A stretch of DNA of 64,000 bases from Nanobdellota archaeon (GCA_038046345.1 JBBSWJ010000005.1:24784-88783); one strand, 5' to 3'; shown: positions 31,457 through 44,032, counted from the first letter of the stretch. Notes: generated from the letters alone by a model not told the origin. Numbers and translations are program-made.

Positions 31457-32695
31457 ATGAAAAAAACAAACGAGGTACTTCAACCAGAAATAAATATTGG
31501 ACTGGTAGGTCATGTAGACCATGGGAAAACAACTATTCTTGAAAGACTATCAGGTAAATGGGCAGATACTCATTCAGAAGAAATAAAACGTGGAATCACA
31601 ATCAGACTCGGCTATGCAAACACTACAATATACCAATGCCCAAAATGCAAAGAATTACCATACACAACACAAGAAAAATGCCAAAAATGTAAGTCTAAAT
31701 CAAGCCCAGTAAGATCAATAAGCTTCATAGATGCTCCAGGTCATGAAACTTTGATGGCAACAATGCTTTCAGGAGCAGCAATAATGGACGCAGCCTTGTT
31801 GTTAATAGCAGCAAACGAAGAATGCCCGCAACCTCAAACTAAAGAACATTTAACAGCATTAAGCATGATAGGAATAAAGAACATTATTATAATCCAAAAC
31901 AAAATTGATCTTGCAACAGAAGACCAACTTAAAAAAAATTACAATCAAATAAAAAATTTTGTTAAAGGAACAATAGCTGAAAAGGCAATAATCATTCCAA
32001 TATCAGCACAACATAATGCAAATATTGATATCTTAGTCAATGCAATACAAGAAGAATTTAAAACACCAAAAAGAGATCCAAAAAAAGTACCTTTAATGCT
32101 TATAGCTAGAAGTTTTGATGTAAACAAACCGGGTACAGAAATACAGCAATTAATTGGTGGTGTAATAGGAGGAAGCTTAAAGCAAGGAGTCATAAAAATA
32201 AAAGATAAAATAGAGATTAAACCAGGAATTAAATCAGAAAAAGATGGAAAAATAACTTATATTCCAATCCAAACAGAAGTTGTAAATATTAATAGTGGAT
32301 CAAACAAACTTAACGAAGCAAGACCCGGCGGTAGCATTGCAATATTAACAAAATTAGATCCTTCAATAGTAAAATCAGATAGTTTATCCGGAGGATTAGT
32401 AAGCCATCCTGGGGGATTACCTGAAACAAGAATAGAGCTATTATTAAAACCAGAATTACTTGAACGTGTTGTTGGCAGCGGTGAAGAAGCTAAAGTAACT
32501 TCCATAAAAAAAGGAGAACCACTAATGCTTAATGTTAACGCAACAGCAACAATAGGAGTTGTCACCGAATTAAAAAAAGATTTAATTAGAGTTAAACTAA
32601 AAAGACCAATCTGTGCATTCAAAGAAGATAGGATTACATTATCTCGATTGCTAGGAAGTAAATTTAGGCTTATTGGTATAGGAAGCATTGCTTAA
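31457..32695 (+). CDS. eif2g: translation initiation factor aIF2 gamma subunit
   Basis: G1 GHVDHGKTT; zinc ribbon CPKC ... CQKC; domains II and III present. Confidence 0.92.
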   Translation: MKKTNEVLQPEINIGLVGHVDHGKTTILERLSGKWADTHSEEIKRGITIRLGYANTTIYQCPKCKELPYTTQEKCQKCKSKSSPVRSISFIDAPGHETLMATMLSGAAIMDAALLLIAANEECPQPQTKEHLTALSMIGIKNIIIIQNKIDLATEDQLKKNYNQIKNFVKGTIAEKAIIIPISAQHNANIDILVNAIQEEFKTPKRDPKKVPLMLIARSFDVNKPGTEIQQLIGGVIGGSLKQGVIKIKDKIEIKPGIKSEKDGKITYIPIQTEVVNINSGSNKLNEARPGGSIAILTKLDPSIVKSDSLSGGLVSHPGGLPETRIELLLKPELLERVVGSGEEAKVTSIKKGEPLMLNVNATATIGVVTELKKDLIRVKLKRPICAFKEDRITLSRLLGSKFRLIGIGSIA

Positions 32696-32697
32696 GA

Positions 32698-33018
32698 TCA
32701 TTCTTTCTTGTTAAAAGCATCATAAACATCATAAATAATATATCCAGCAGCTCTGCCAGGGAAAGTCAAGAAATGACCAACCGCACCACTGATTGGATGA
32801 TCTTCAGTAAACCACTCATATGTCATCTGTTCAATACTTGCTGGATCTCTCCCTAGCAGTGGCCGTATCTGAATCAACATTGCAGAATTTACCAAAAGCA
32901 AATTTATAGAAAAAAGTTTCCAATATAATCCCAGCATGCGCTTAAAGTAATTATCCTCAGAACGAATAGCACGTTTTAGTTTATCAGAGCGATTATCATT
33001 ATACATCTTTTGCCTCAA
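32698..33018 (-). CDS. hypothetical small protein downstream of gyrA
   Basis: 106 aa with one hydrophobic segment; overlaps the gyrA start region by 20 nt. Confidence 0.3.
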   Translation of the reverse strand: MRQKMYNDNRSDKLKRAIRSEDNYFKRMLGLYWKLFSINLLLVNSAMLIQIRPLLGRDPASIEQMTYEWFTEDHPISGAVGHFLTFPGRAAGYIIYDVYDAFNKKE

Positions 33019-35428
33019 GATTATTCATGATAACACGTGCAATAGTAGTAAGTTTATCATTTTGGTCCAATCTCATTAGTCTAACCCCTTGAGTATTTCT
33101 GCCAACCACACCAATATCTTTTGCATTAGTACGTATGATTATACCATTTTCGCTCATTAACATAACCTCATTATTCTCTTTAACAGTTTTTATTCCAACT
33201 ACTTTTCCATTCCGCTCTGATGTTTGAATATTAATAACTCCCTTTCCACCGCGGCGAGTTAACCGATATTCACTTATTTCAGTACGTTTACCAAAGCCAT
33301 TTTCTGTAACCGTTAATAAAAAGCCAGCTGGAAGGGCAACCTCCATACCGATTACTTCATCATCACTATCAAGTTTTATACCTCTAACTCCAGAAGCATT
33401 ACGCCCTACACTAGGTACATCCTTATCACTAAAACGAACTGCCATTCCATTTTTAGATGCAAGTATAATTTCAAGATTTTTAGGTGTTAAACGTGCTTGT
33501 ACTAAATTATCCCCCTCGCGAAGTTTTATGCTAGCAATCCCACCGCGGCGTGGATTTGAAAAATCAGACAGTGAAGTTTTTTTTATTACGCCTTTTTTTG
33601 TAGCAAACAGTATAAACAATGGATCACTAAAATTTTTTATAGGCAAAACAGCACTGATCATTTCACCATCAACTAACTGTAATAAGTTAACTAATGCAGT
33701 GCCAAGACCATAACGGGAAATTTCAGGAACATGGAAGACTGGTAACCAGTGCACTTTTCCAAGATTTGTAAATACCAACAGCGTATTATGATTGCTTGTT
33801 ATAAACATTTGTTCAACAATATCTTCTTTTTTAGTAGCTGCACCAACAATCCCACGCCCACCACGTTTCTGTTGGCGATAAGTAACTAATGGTATTTGTT
33901 TAATGTATCCAGCTTTAGTGATTGTGATAACTACATCTGCCTCTTGTATTAGATCTTTGCTTTCTAAAATTAAGTCGGCTTCATTATCAAGCTGAATAAT
34001 TTCAGTTCTTCTGCTATCACCATATAATGTTTTCATTTCAATTGCTTCATCTTTAACAATTCCGAGTATACGTTTCGGATTATCAAGTAAACTTTTTAGT
34101 TCTGCAATAAATTTAATAAGTTCATCATGCTCAGTTTGTATTCTTTCTCGTTCAAGACCAGTAATCTTCTGCAGCTTCATATCAAGAATTGCTTGAGACT
34201 GGATATCAGAAAGATTGTAATTAGCAGTTAATGATTGTTTTGCTACTTCAGCATTCTCAGCTTTCTTTAATAAAACAATTATTGGATCGATATTTTGAAG
34301 TGCAATACTTAAACCAGCAAGGATATGCAAACGCTTCTGAGAAACTTCCAAATCAAATTGAGTTCTTCTGGTGACAACTTCCTTTCTATGAAGAATATAA
34401 CTTTCAAGTGCTAATTTAAGCGGGAATAACACTGGGCGACTTTTATCGAGCGCCAGCATATTAACTCCAAACGTGCTTTGCAGTTGGGAATGTTTAAATA
34501 ACTGGTTTGATAGAACTTCTGGGTTTGCAGAATCCTTTAATATCAGTACTATACTCATACCGCCCCTGTCAGATTCATCTCGTATATCACGTATTCCTTC
34601 TATTACTTTGGTTCTAACAAGGTCAGCTATCTCTTCAATAATTGTTGCTTTATTTGTTTGGTAAGGTATCTCTCTGATAATTATTCTTTTATCTTTGATC
34701 TCCGTTCTTGCACGAACAATAATCTTTCCTCTACCAGTTATGAAAGCATTTTTAATGCCATTAGTTCCAATTATTAATCCGCCAGTTGGAAAGTCTGGTC
34801 CTTTAATAAAACTCATTAATTCTTCAACTGATATGTCGGGATTATCAATCAAAGCAACTAATGCATCACATGTCTCAGTAAGATTATGCGGCGGGATATT
34901 TGTCGCCATACCAACAGCAATACCTGAACTCCCGTTTACTAATAGATTTGGGAATTTAGACGGAAGAACAACTGGTTCTTGTGTAGATGCATCAAAATTT
35001 GGTATTAAGTTCACTGTATTTTTCTCTATGTCTGATAATAATTCCTCACCAATCTTTGCAAGTCTTGCTTCAGTATATCTCATATGCGCTGGAGTGGTAA
35101 AATCTACACTACCAAAGTTACCATGACCATTTATCAATGGGTACCTTAATGAAAAATCCTGTGCCATTCTAACAAGCGAATCATAAATTGCTGAGTCTCC
35201 ATGCGGATGATACCTAAAACAATCACCTACTATCCTTGCAGATTTAACAAAGGGCTTATTATTTTTTAACCCCATGCCATGCATAGAATATAATAATCGC
35301 CTATGAACTGGTTTAAGCCCATCACGAACATCTGGTAATGCTCTCGAGGTTATCACAGACATAGCATAATTTATGTAATTAGCCTTCATCTCATCTTCGA
35401 CTAATTTTTGCTGTATTTGTTCTGGCAT
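32999..35428 (-). CDS. gyrA: DNA gyrase subunit A
   Basis: RALPDVRDGLKPVHRR motif and C-terminal beta-pinwheel repeats. Confidence 0.92.
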   Translation of the reverse strand: MPEQIQQKLVEDEMKANYINYAMSVITSRALPDVRDGLKPVHRRLLYSMHGMGLKNNKPFVKSARIVGDCFRYHPHGDSAIYDSLVRMAQDFSLRYPLINGHGNFGSVDFTTPAHMRYTEARLAKIGEELLSDIEKNTVNLIPNFDASTQEPVVLPSKFPNLLVNGSSGIAVGMATNIPPHNLTETCDALVALIDNPDISVEELMSFIKGPDFPTGGLIIGTNGIKNAFITGRGKIIVRARTEIKDKRIIIREIPYQTNKATIIEEIADLVRTKVIEGIRDIRDESDRGGMSIVLILKDSANPEVLSNQLFKHSQLQSTFGVNMLALDKSRPVLFPLKLALESYILHRKEVVTRRTQFDLEVSQKRLHILAGLSIALQNIDPIIVLLKKAENAEVAKQSLTANYNLSDIQSQAILDMKLQKITGLERERIQTEHDELIKFIAELKSLLDNPKRILGIVKDEAIEMKTLYGDSRRTEIIQLDNEADLILESKDLIQEADVVITITKAGYIKQIPLVTYRQQKRGGRGIVGAATKKEDIVEQMFITSNHNTLLVFTNLGKVHWLPVFHVPEISRYGLGTALVNLLQLVDGEMISAVLPIKNFSDPLFILFATKKGVIKKTSLSDFSNPRRGGIASIKLREGDNLVQARLTPKNLEIILASKNGMAVRFSDKDVPSVGRNASGVRGIKLDSDDEVIGMEVALPAGFLLTVTENGFGKRTEISEYRLTRRGGKGVINIQTSERNGKVVGIKTVKENNEVMLMSENGIIIRTNAKDIGVVGRNTQGVRLMRLDQNDKLTTIARVIMNNLEAKDV

Positions 35429-35429
35429 T

Positions 35430-37316
<1,887 letters not shown>

Positions 37317-37503
37317 TTACCCTTATCTATCTTTAGATAGGGCTTATTTTTAAAGTTTTCTAAATAAAAAGTGCTTAAATTTTGATACTAGACGGCTTTA
37401 CAAGCATGTTTTTGTCTTTATAACCAAGACTGTAAATTTAACTTTACTACTCAAGAATAGGTATAATACAAAGATTTAAAAAGTAGTAAAGATTTTTAAC
37501 TAT

Positions 37504-37947
37504 ATGAGCATATCATTAATACCAAGAGAGCCTAATGGAAACTTATTAATCGAGCGCGAAGATGGGCTAATATTACTACTCATTGGAGATTGTTTTATAC
37601 AGAGTGATAAAGAGGGCACGATTGTTTACGGAACTAGCTACCATGATGGATGGTGCTCTGATCAGCAGGTAAGCCCATTTAATATAGCAAGGTGTGTAAT
37701 CCCAATTAGTGATGGAAGAAGCCAACAAATGAGAACAAAAAGATTAGCAAGAGAGTTGTTGAAAAATAGGTATGGAATGGCACTTACAGCCCCGCACATT
37801 AACAAAGCATATAATTATATGTCCAGACAATTAACAGCCCAATGTAATCTCAACCCAACACCACTTGACGAATTGGAGCAAATATTCAACTTTTATGCAG
37901 ACTGGATAAAAGACAGACCAAAAAAACCACGCAAAGTAGTCAGATAG
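37504..37947 (+). CDS. hypothetical protein
   Basis: 147 aa with a basic C-terminus (RPKKPRKVVR). No recognised domain. Confidence 0.4.
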   Translation: MSISLIPREPNGNLLIEREDGLILLLIGDCFIQSDKEGTIVYGTSYHDGWCSDQQVSPFNIARCVIPISDGRSQQMRTKRLARELLKNRYGMALTAPHINKAYNYMSRQLTAQCNLNPTPLDELEQIFNFYADWIKDRPKKPRKVVR

Positions 37948-38027
37948 CCTATTACACCAAGTATAATAATTTACTACTTTAGAGTGTTAAAACGTAGAAA
38001 GCTTTATATACCCGCCAGTTTGTCAAA

Positions 38028-38840
38028 ATGATAGATAACATGATAGTACAAGAAGAATTTTTAAAAAAGCTAAGAGCATCATTTGATTTGAATATTTATG
38101 AAGTAAAAGTATGGACTGCGCTCCTGTCAAGGGGATTAGCCACAGCAGGAGAACTATCTGACATAAGCAATGTGCCAAGGTCTAGAAGTTACGATGTATT
38201 AGAATCATTAGAAAAAAAAGGTTTTGTAATAATGAAAATAGGAAAACCAATAAAGTATATCGCAGTATCCCCAGAAGAAATTCTTAAACGTGTAAAAAAA
38301 GTAATCACAATTAACGCAGGGGAACAAATAAGATCATATGATAATATAAAATCAAGTAATCTATTCAGCGAACTTGAATTATTGTACAAACAAGGAATAG
38401 ACAAAGTTGAGCCAACAAGCCTTTCCGGAGCAATTCGCGGTCGTGACGCTATTTATAATCATATTGAATCACTAATGGAACAAGCCAAAAAAACAGTCAC
38501 TATTTCAACCACATATGATGGATTTCAAAGAAAAGTTATAAATTTCATAGACACCTTCAAGAAACTTAAATCAAGAGGGATAAAAATTAGGATTATGGTA
38601 TCTCCAAACAAAGAAGCAAGAAATATCGTGAAAGAATTAAAAGGTATTGCTGAAATAAGGATAAACCAGTCCGATGCCACTTCAAGATTTATTATAGTAG
38701 ACAACAAAAACGTGATGTTCATGCTTTCAAATGATAAAGACGTACATGAAAGCTATGATATAGGCATATGGGTAAATACTCCTTTCTTTGCAACAGCTCT
38801 TGAGAACTTGTTTGATATAAACTGGGATAAGCTAAAATAA
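38028..38840 (+). CDS. TrmB-family transcriptional regulator
   Basis: N-terminal wHTH (LNIYEVKVWTALLSRGLATAGELSDISNVPRSRSYDVLESLEKKGFV) plus a TrmB-like C-terminal domain. Confidence 0.75.
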   Translation: MIDNMIVQEEFLKKLRASFDLNIYEVKVWTALLSRGLATAGELSDISNVPRSRSYDVLESLEKKGFVIMKIGKPIKYIAVSPEEILKRVKKVITINAGEQIRSYDNIKSSNLFSELELLYKQGIDKVEPTSLSGAIRGRDAIYNHIESLMEQAKKTVTISTTYDGFQRKVINFIDTFKKLKSRGIKIRIMVSPNKEARNIVKELKGIAEIRINQSDATSRFIIVDNKNVMFMLSNDKDVHESYDIGIWVNTPFFATALENLFDINWDKLK

Positions 38841-38978
38841 TCAAACATAATCTCAGGTTAATACAAGACTAGCACCAGTTATAAAAAGTTTCAAAGTAGA
38901 CCATAAAAAACTAAACAACTAATAGCTACCAACATCAACCCTTAATTTTATAAACATCTACAATCTATAACTATCCTT

Positions 38979-40490
38979 ATGAATTCAGAACTAATAGATA
39001 GTTTACACCCATTAGAAAGAAAAATTATACCGCTCATCACCCAGAATATGAATTTTAATACATTACTAGAAAAAACAGGTATGGGCGAAGTTGAATCATT
39101 AAGAGCATTACAATGGCTTGAAAAAAAGAAAGCTTTAATCTTACATAGAGATGTCATAGAAGTAATATCTTTAGGAAAAAACGGTAAAGAGTACCTACAA
39201 CAAGGCTTGCCAGAGAGAAAATTCTTAAAAGTTTTACTAACACCACTATTACTCACAGATGTTCAGACCAAGATAAACCTGTCAAAAGAAGAATTAAATG
39301 TCTCACTAGGAGTATTAAAAAGAAGAAAATTAATAGACTTAGAAAAAGGAAAAGCTTCAATCACACAGCAAGGCAAAAATTTTTTTAAGAAAGATTTTCC
39401 AGAAGAGATATTCCTAAAGAGCTTACCAACAGAAACTAAAAATCTAAAAGAAGAAGAGCTTAGCATATTTAAAGAACTATTAGAAAGGAAAGACATACTT
39501 CAAGTAGATATTAGAAAAGTAAGGAAAATTGAACTAACAGATATTGGTAAACAGCTACAAGCTCAAAAATTAGATAATGTAATGAACAAACTTACACCAT
39601 CAATGTTAAAAACCGGATCTTGGAAAAACACTATTCTACGGCCATATGATCTAGAACAAGACGTTGGCAAACGACACTACGGCAAAAGACATTTTGTTAA
39701 TCAATCAATTGCTTACGCAAGGAGAGTCTGGTTAGACATGGGGTTTAAAGAAATGACCGGAACATACACACAAACTAGCTTTTGGAATTTTGATGCATTG
39801 TTCACTGCTCAAGATCACCCAGTAAGAGATTTGCAGGATACTTTTTACATAGAACATCCTTCAAATGGCAAACTACCAAACAAACAATTAGTTAATTCTA
39901 TAAAAAAAGTTCACGAATATGGGGGCAATACCAAAAGTTTAGGCTGGAGGTATAAATGGGATCCAAAAGCAGCATCAAGAAATGTTTTGAGAACTCATAC
40001 TACCTGTTTATCTGCAAAAACATTATACAGCCTAAGAAATTCTAATAGTTCAGCAAAATTTTTCGCTCTTGGTAAAAATTTTAGAAACGAAACAATTGAC
40101 TGGGGGCACTTATTTGAATTTAATCAAACTGAAGGTATTGTAATCGATCCAAGTGCTAATTTCAGAGATCTACTTGGTTATTTAAAGCAGTTCATGAAAA
40201 AGATGGGTTACAAAAAAGTCAGGTTTAGGCCTGCCTACTTTCCGTACACATTTTGTAGTACAGAGTTTGATGTTTTTCATCCAGTGCATAAGAAATGGAT
40301 TGAGCTTGGCGGTGCAGGAATGTTACGCCCAGAAGTTGTTATTCCATTATTAGGAAAAGATATTCCTGTATTAGCCTGGGGCCCTGGATTTGATAGGATT
40401 ATGACAGATTACTACAAAATTAACGATCTTAGAGACATATACAAAAATGATATTAAACAATTAAGAGAAACAAAAGTATGGTTAAAATAA
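38979..40490 (+). CDS. pheS: phenylalanyl-tRNA synthetase alpha subunit (archaeal, N-terminal wHTH repeats)
   Basis: Class II core motifs (FRPAYFPYTFCSTEFDV ... GGAGMLRPEV). Confidence 0.92.
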   Translation: MNSELIDSLHPLERKIIPLITQNMNFNTLLEKTGMGEVESLRALQWLEKKKALILHRDVIEVISLGKNGKEYLQQGLPERKFLKVLLTPLLLTDVQTKINLSKEELNVSLGVLKRRKLIDLEKGKASITQQGKNFFKKDFPEEIFLKSLPTETKNLKEEELSIFKELLERKDILQVDIRKVRKIELTDIGKQLQAQKLDNVMNKLTPSMLKTGSWKNTILRPYDLEQDVGKRHYGKRHFVNQSIAYARRVWLDMGFKEMTGTYTQTSFWNFDALFTAQDHPVRDLQDTFYIEHPSNGKLPNKQLVNSIKKVHEYGGNTKSLGWRYKWDPKAASRNVLRTHTTCLSAKTLYSLRNSNSSAKFFALGKNFRNETIDWGHLFEFNQTEGIVIDPSANFRDLLGYLKQFMKKMGYKKVRFRPAYFPYTFCSTEFDVFHPVHKKWIELGGAGMLRPEVVIPLLGKDIPVLAWGPGFDRIMTDYYKINDLRDIYKNDIKQLRETKVWLK

Positions 40491-42137
40491 ATGCCCACAA
40501 TAACACTAAACAGAAAAGTATTTGAAAGGCTGGTTGGTAAGAAACTTCCAACTGAAAAGCTTAAAGATCGTATTAGTATGCTTGGCACTGATCTTGAAAA
40601 AGTTACAGACAATGAAATTATTGTTGAAGTTTTCCCTAATCGCCCGGATATGCTATCAGAACAAGGTTTTGCAAGGGCATTTAGTAGTTTTATCGGCGTT
40701 AAAAAAGGTTTAAGGAAATATAAAGTAAGAGAATCAAATGAACAAGTAATTGTACACCCGCAAGTTAAGAATATTAGACCCTTTACTGCTTGTGCTATTG
40801 TTAAAAACTTAAAGTTTACTGACGAAAGCATTCGCGAGATAGTGCAAATCCAGGAGAAATTACATATTACTTACGGGCGTAACAGGAAGCGCTGTGCTAT
40901 TGGGGTATACCCTTTAGACAAGATATCATTACCAATTCATTACACAGCAAAAAAACCATCAGAAATCAAATTCCAACCTTTAGATAAAGATAAAGAACTG
41001 AAAGCTGACGAAATTCTTAAACTGCATCCTACTGGCATAGAGTATGCTCATTTGCTTAAAGATGCTGTATTATTCCCAATTTTTCACGATTCAAGAGATA
41101 ATATTCTTTCAATGCCGCCAATAATTAATTCTGAAACAGCTGGGAAGATTACAGAAGATACTAAAGATGTATTTGTTGAATGTTCAGGGCATGATCTAAC
41201 TGTGTTAGAGATATGTTTAAACATTATTGTTACTGCACTAGCAGATATGGGCGGAGATATTTACAGCATGAAAATAAACTATGGCTCTAAGCAAGTAATC
41301 ACACCAAATCTAACACCAAGAAAAATCAAAATGGATAGTTCATATTATAATAAACTGCTTGGGCTTAATCTTTCTAACTCTCAAATTAAATCATTCTTAT
41401 TAAGGATGGGTTATGATGTCCAAGGTAGTACCATTTTAATTCCTGCTTATCGTGCAGATATCCTTCATCAAGTGGATATTGCAGGAGATATTGCTATTGC
41501 TTACGGATATGAAAATTTTAAAGAAAAAATACCTGATGTAGCAACAATTGCTGAAGAGGATAGTTTGGAAAATTTTAAAGAAAAAGTAATCACTATATTA
41601 TTAGGCTTAGGATTTTTAGAGACAAGCACTTATCATATCACTAGCGAAACAATTCAAAATGAAAAGATGAATAATAAATTTCCATTAATCAAACTAAGTA
41701 ACGCACTAAGCCAGGAATTTACTGTTATCCGTTCAAAGATGCTGCCCTGTTTAATGCAGGTTCTTTCAGAAAATTTACATCATGAATACCCTCAAAATCT
41801 GTGTGAGATTGGTAGAGTCTTTAAAGAAGAGAAAACTACTGAGACTGGAATTAATGAAAATGAGAATCTAGCCATAGTAATAGCTCATGGTAACTCTGAT
41901 TTTTCAGAATTAAAAAAAGTATTATCCACATTGATGTCTGCTTTGAGTATTAAATACATCATAAAACCAACAGTTCACAATTCTTTTATCAAAGGTCGTG
42001 TTGGAAATATTATAATCAACAAAAAAGAACTTGGTTATATTGGTGAGTTACATCCGCAAGTCTTAACTAATTTTAACTTAGGAGTTCCAGTTGCAGCTTT
42101 AGAATTAAATATTAATGAATTATTTAAACTTGTATAA
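40491..42137 (+). CDS. pheT: phenylalanyl-tRNA synthetase beta subunit (archaeal)
   Basis: About 550 aa with archaeal beta-subunit architecture (B3/4 and B5 domains plus a catalytic-like domain); translationally coupled to pheS. Confidence 0.9.
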   Translation: MPTITLNRKVFERLVGKKLPTEKLKDRISMLGTDLEKVTDNEIIVEVFPNRPDMLSEQGFARAFSSFIGVKKGLRKYKVRESNEQVIVHPQVKNIRPFTACAIVKNLKFTDESIREIVQIQEKLHITYGRNRKRCAIGVYPLDKISLPIHYTAKKPSEIKFQPLDKDKELKADEILKLHPTGIEYAHLLKDAVLFPIFHDSRDNILSMPPIINSETAGKITEDTKDVFVECSGHDLTVLEICLNIIVTALADMGGDIYSMKINYGSKQVITPNLTPRKIKMDSSYYNKLLGLNLSNSQIKSFLLRMGYDVQGSTILIPAYRADILHQVDIAGDIAIAYGYENFKEKIPDVATIAEEDSLENFKEKVITILLGLGFLETSTYHITSETIQNEKMNNKFPLIKLSNALSQEFTVIRSKMLPCLMQVLSENLHHEYPQNLCEIGRVFKEEKTTETGINENENLAIVIAHGNSDFSELKKVLSTLMSALSIKYIIKPTVHNSFIKGRVGNIIINKKELGYIGELHPQVLTNFNLGVPVAALELNINELFKLV

Positions 42138-42428
42138 AACCTTAGAAAATTCATAAATTTTATCACCATCAAACTGAATTCCTTCTTTTTGTAACAATTT
42201 CTTTTTATTTTTACTTCCATAAACAAATCCACCAATTTTTCCGCTTGAGTTTACTGCTCTATGGCATGGAACTTCTTGGCAACGATTTTTATTCAAGGCA
42301 CTTCCAACTGCCCTGTAAGCTGTAGTGCCTAATTTTTCTGCTACTATCTTGTACGTAGATACTTTACCGGATGGTATTTCTTTAACAACGGTCCATACTC
42401 TTTTATTTAAAGATATTTTTTCAGCCAT
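42120..42428 (-). CDS. ogt: methylated-DNA-protein-cysteine methyltransferase (MGMT/Ogt) DNA-binding/active-site domain
   Basis: Active-site motif PCHRAV (PCHRVV consensus); about 100 aa, C-terminal domain only. Confidence 0.8.
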   Translation of the reverse strand: MAEKISLNKRVWTVVKEIPSGKVSTYKIVAEKLGTTAYRAVGSALNKNRCQEVPCHRAVNSSGKIGGFVYGSKNKKKLLQKEGIQFDGDKIYEFSKVLYKFK

Positions 42429-43030
42429 TCTTTTATTTTATTTATTAATGCTTTATCGAGCATATTTACCCCGTGTAATTTATTATGTAATTCTAGTAGT
42501 TCCTTTTCCTCGTTAGGAATGCTTCCATAAATAGTACTGGAAGTTTCAGTGCTGTATCCATCACCATCACCAACAACTATCAAGGTAGGTATATTTAACA
42601 TTGCGGAATTCTCATCAATGTCTATACCACGATAGTTAAGCCCAGGAGACAGCGCAACTACTGTTTTTAAATTATGATCCACTCCGTATTTTATTGCTAA
42701 ATTTGCGCCTATGCTTGCACCGATTATACCGATTTCAGTAACTTTTTTTTCTTTTAAGTATTTCTCTGCAGCTTCTATATCATTTATCATATTATTAAAA
42801 TCTTTATCATTAAAACTTCCCCATTCTAAATCTGATGCACCATGCCCTCTTAGGTCAATAGCAATCATATGATACTCTGTTAGCTCATTAATCAGTTTAT
42901 TCCAGGATTCTTTTGATGAAGCTAACTGGTGTAAAAATATTATTCCTTTTGTTGATTCACCTTTAAAATAACTAGCAGCAATACTTATCCCGTCTGTTGT
43001 GATTAGCTCTACATTTTGTTCCATGGTCAT
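42407..43030 (-). CDS. alpha/beta-fold hydrolase (dienelactone-hydrolase-like)
   Basis: Nucleophile elbow GASIG. Asp and His candidates downstream. Confidence 0.7.
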   Translation of the reverse strand: MTMEQNVELITTDGISIAASYFKGESTKGIIFLHQLASSKESWNKLINELTEYHMIAIDLRGHGASDLEWGSFNDKDFNNMINDIEAAEKYLKEKKVTEIGIIGASIGANLAIKYGVDHNLKTVVALSPGLNYRGIDIDENSAMLNIPTLIVVGDGDGYSTETSSTIYGSIPNEEKELLELHNKLHGVNMLDKALINKIKEWLKKYL

Positions 43031-43076
43031 ATTGCTTTACAATAAAACTTTTAAATGTTTTGATACACCAACTGTT

Positions 43077-43325
43077 ATGGTTGATTACGATTTAGAAATT
43101 GAGGAAGCAGTTCAAATTATAAGCTCAGAAAAAGCCAAAACTGTGCTAGTCCAATTACCTGACGGACTAAAAAAAGAAGCTACTTTAATTTCAAGTATTC
43201 TAAAAGAAAAAACTGGTGCAGAAATTATTATTTGGGCAGAATCTACATTTGGAGCATGCGACATCCCAGACCTACCAGTAGACATAGTTATACAGTGGGG
43301 GCATACTCAATGGACAACCAAATAA
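43077..43325 (+). pseudogene. dph2: Dph2-like (diphthamide synthase) N-terminal fragment, truncated after about 83 aa
   Basis: AKTVLVQLPDGLKKEA ... GACDIPDLPVDIVIQWGHTQ matches the Dph2 N-terminal domain-1 pattern (GACD ... GHS). The frame ends at 43325 and the AAA ATPase gene begins at 43310; no domains 2 or 3 follow. Confidence 0.5.
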
Positions 43326-43900
43326 GAGTAGTAATAGCTGGTGGGCCATATTGTGGTAAAACAACAGTAATAAATGAATTAAGCACACAGGGCTTTAGGA
43401 CAATAAACGAAGCAACAACGGAGATTATTAAAAAGGAACAAGAAGCAGGTAATAACGAACCATGGTTAGAAAGAGAAAAATTTCAGAAAAAAATCATGGA
43501 TCTTCAAATTCAACAGTTTAATTCAGCAAAAAATAATGTAATTACTTTTTATGATCGGGGTTTAGTTGATGGATTAGCATACTATCATTTAGATGGCATT
43601 GACCCACCAAAAGAACTAACAGAACATGCCTCAAAAAAAAGGTATAATCTTGTTTTCATTCCGGATCTTATTGAAGGATTCAAACCTGACAAAACTCGTG
43701 GTGAATCACTTGAAGAACGTAAGCTAGTTCATGAGCTTATCAGAAAATGTTATTCTGATCATGGTTATAATGTAATTAATATACCAAGCATAAGCGTTTC
43801 TGAACGTGTATTGTTTATTAAAAAGAAGATTAGCGAGCATAAACTACTTTTAAAAGATAATATACGCCGAGAGCAGGATTTGAACCTGCATATCCGTTAG
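43310..43900 (+). CDS. AAA_28-type P-loop ATPase/kinase (NadR-C-terminal-like)
   Basis: Walker A IAGGPYCGKTT. The track ORF starts at 43232; the likely start is the Met at 43310. The 3' end overlaps tRNA-Ser by 36 nt. Confidence 0.6.
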   Translation: MDNQIRVVIAGGPYCGKTTVINELSTQGFRTINEATTEIIKKEQEAGNNEPWLEREKFQKKIMDLQIQQFNSAKNNVITFYDRGLVDGLAYYHLDGIDPPKELTEHASKKRYNLVFIPDLIEGFKPDKTRGESLEERKLVHELIRKCYSDHGYNVINIPSISVSERVLFIKKKISEHKLLLKDNIRREQDLNLHIR

Positions 43901-43960
43901 GAAACAAGCTTACTGGTATAATTTCCAGGCTTGCGCAATACCAAGTTATGCGATCTCGGC
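43865..43960 (-). tRNA. tRNA-Ser (anticodon GGA), class II with long variable arm, 12-nt intron at 37/38
   Basis: Acceptor GCCGAGA/TCTCGGC with discriminator G73. 3-bp D-stem. Anticodon loop CUGGAAA. CUGG pairs with intron CCAG to form the BHB central helix. 15-nt variable arm. T-arm GCAGG-TTCAAAT-CCTGC. Confidence 0.8.
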
Positions 43961-44032
43961 ATGTTATTGAAATAGGTATGTCATTAAAAAATGTTTTGTT
44001 AAGAGAATATTTATAATGTTTCATATACCATC

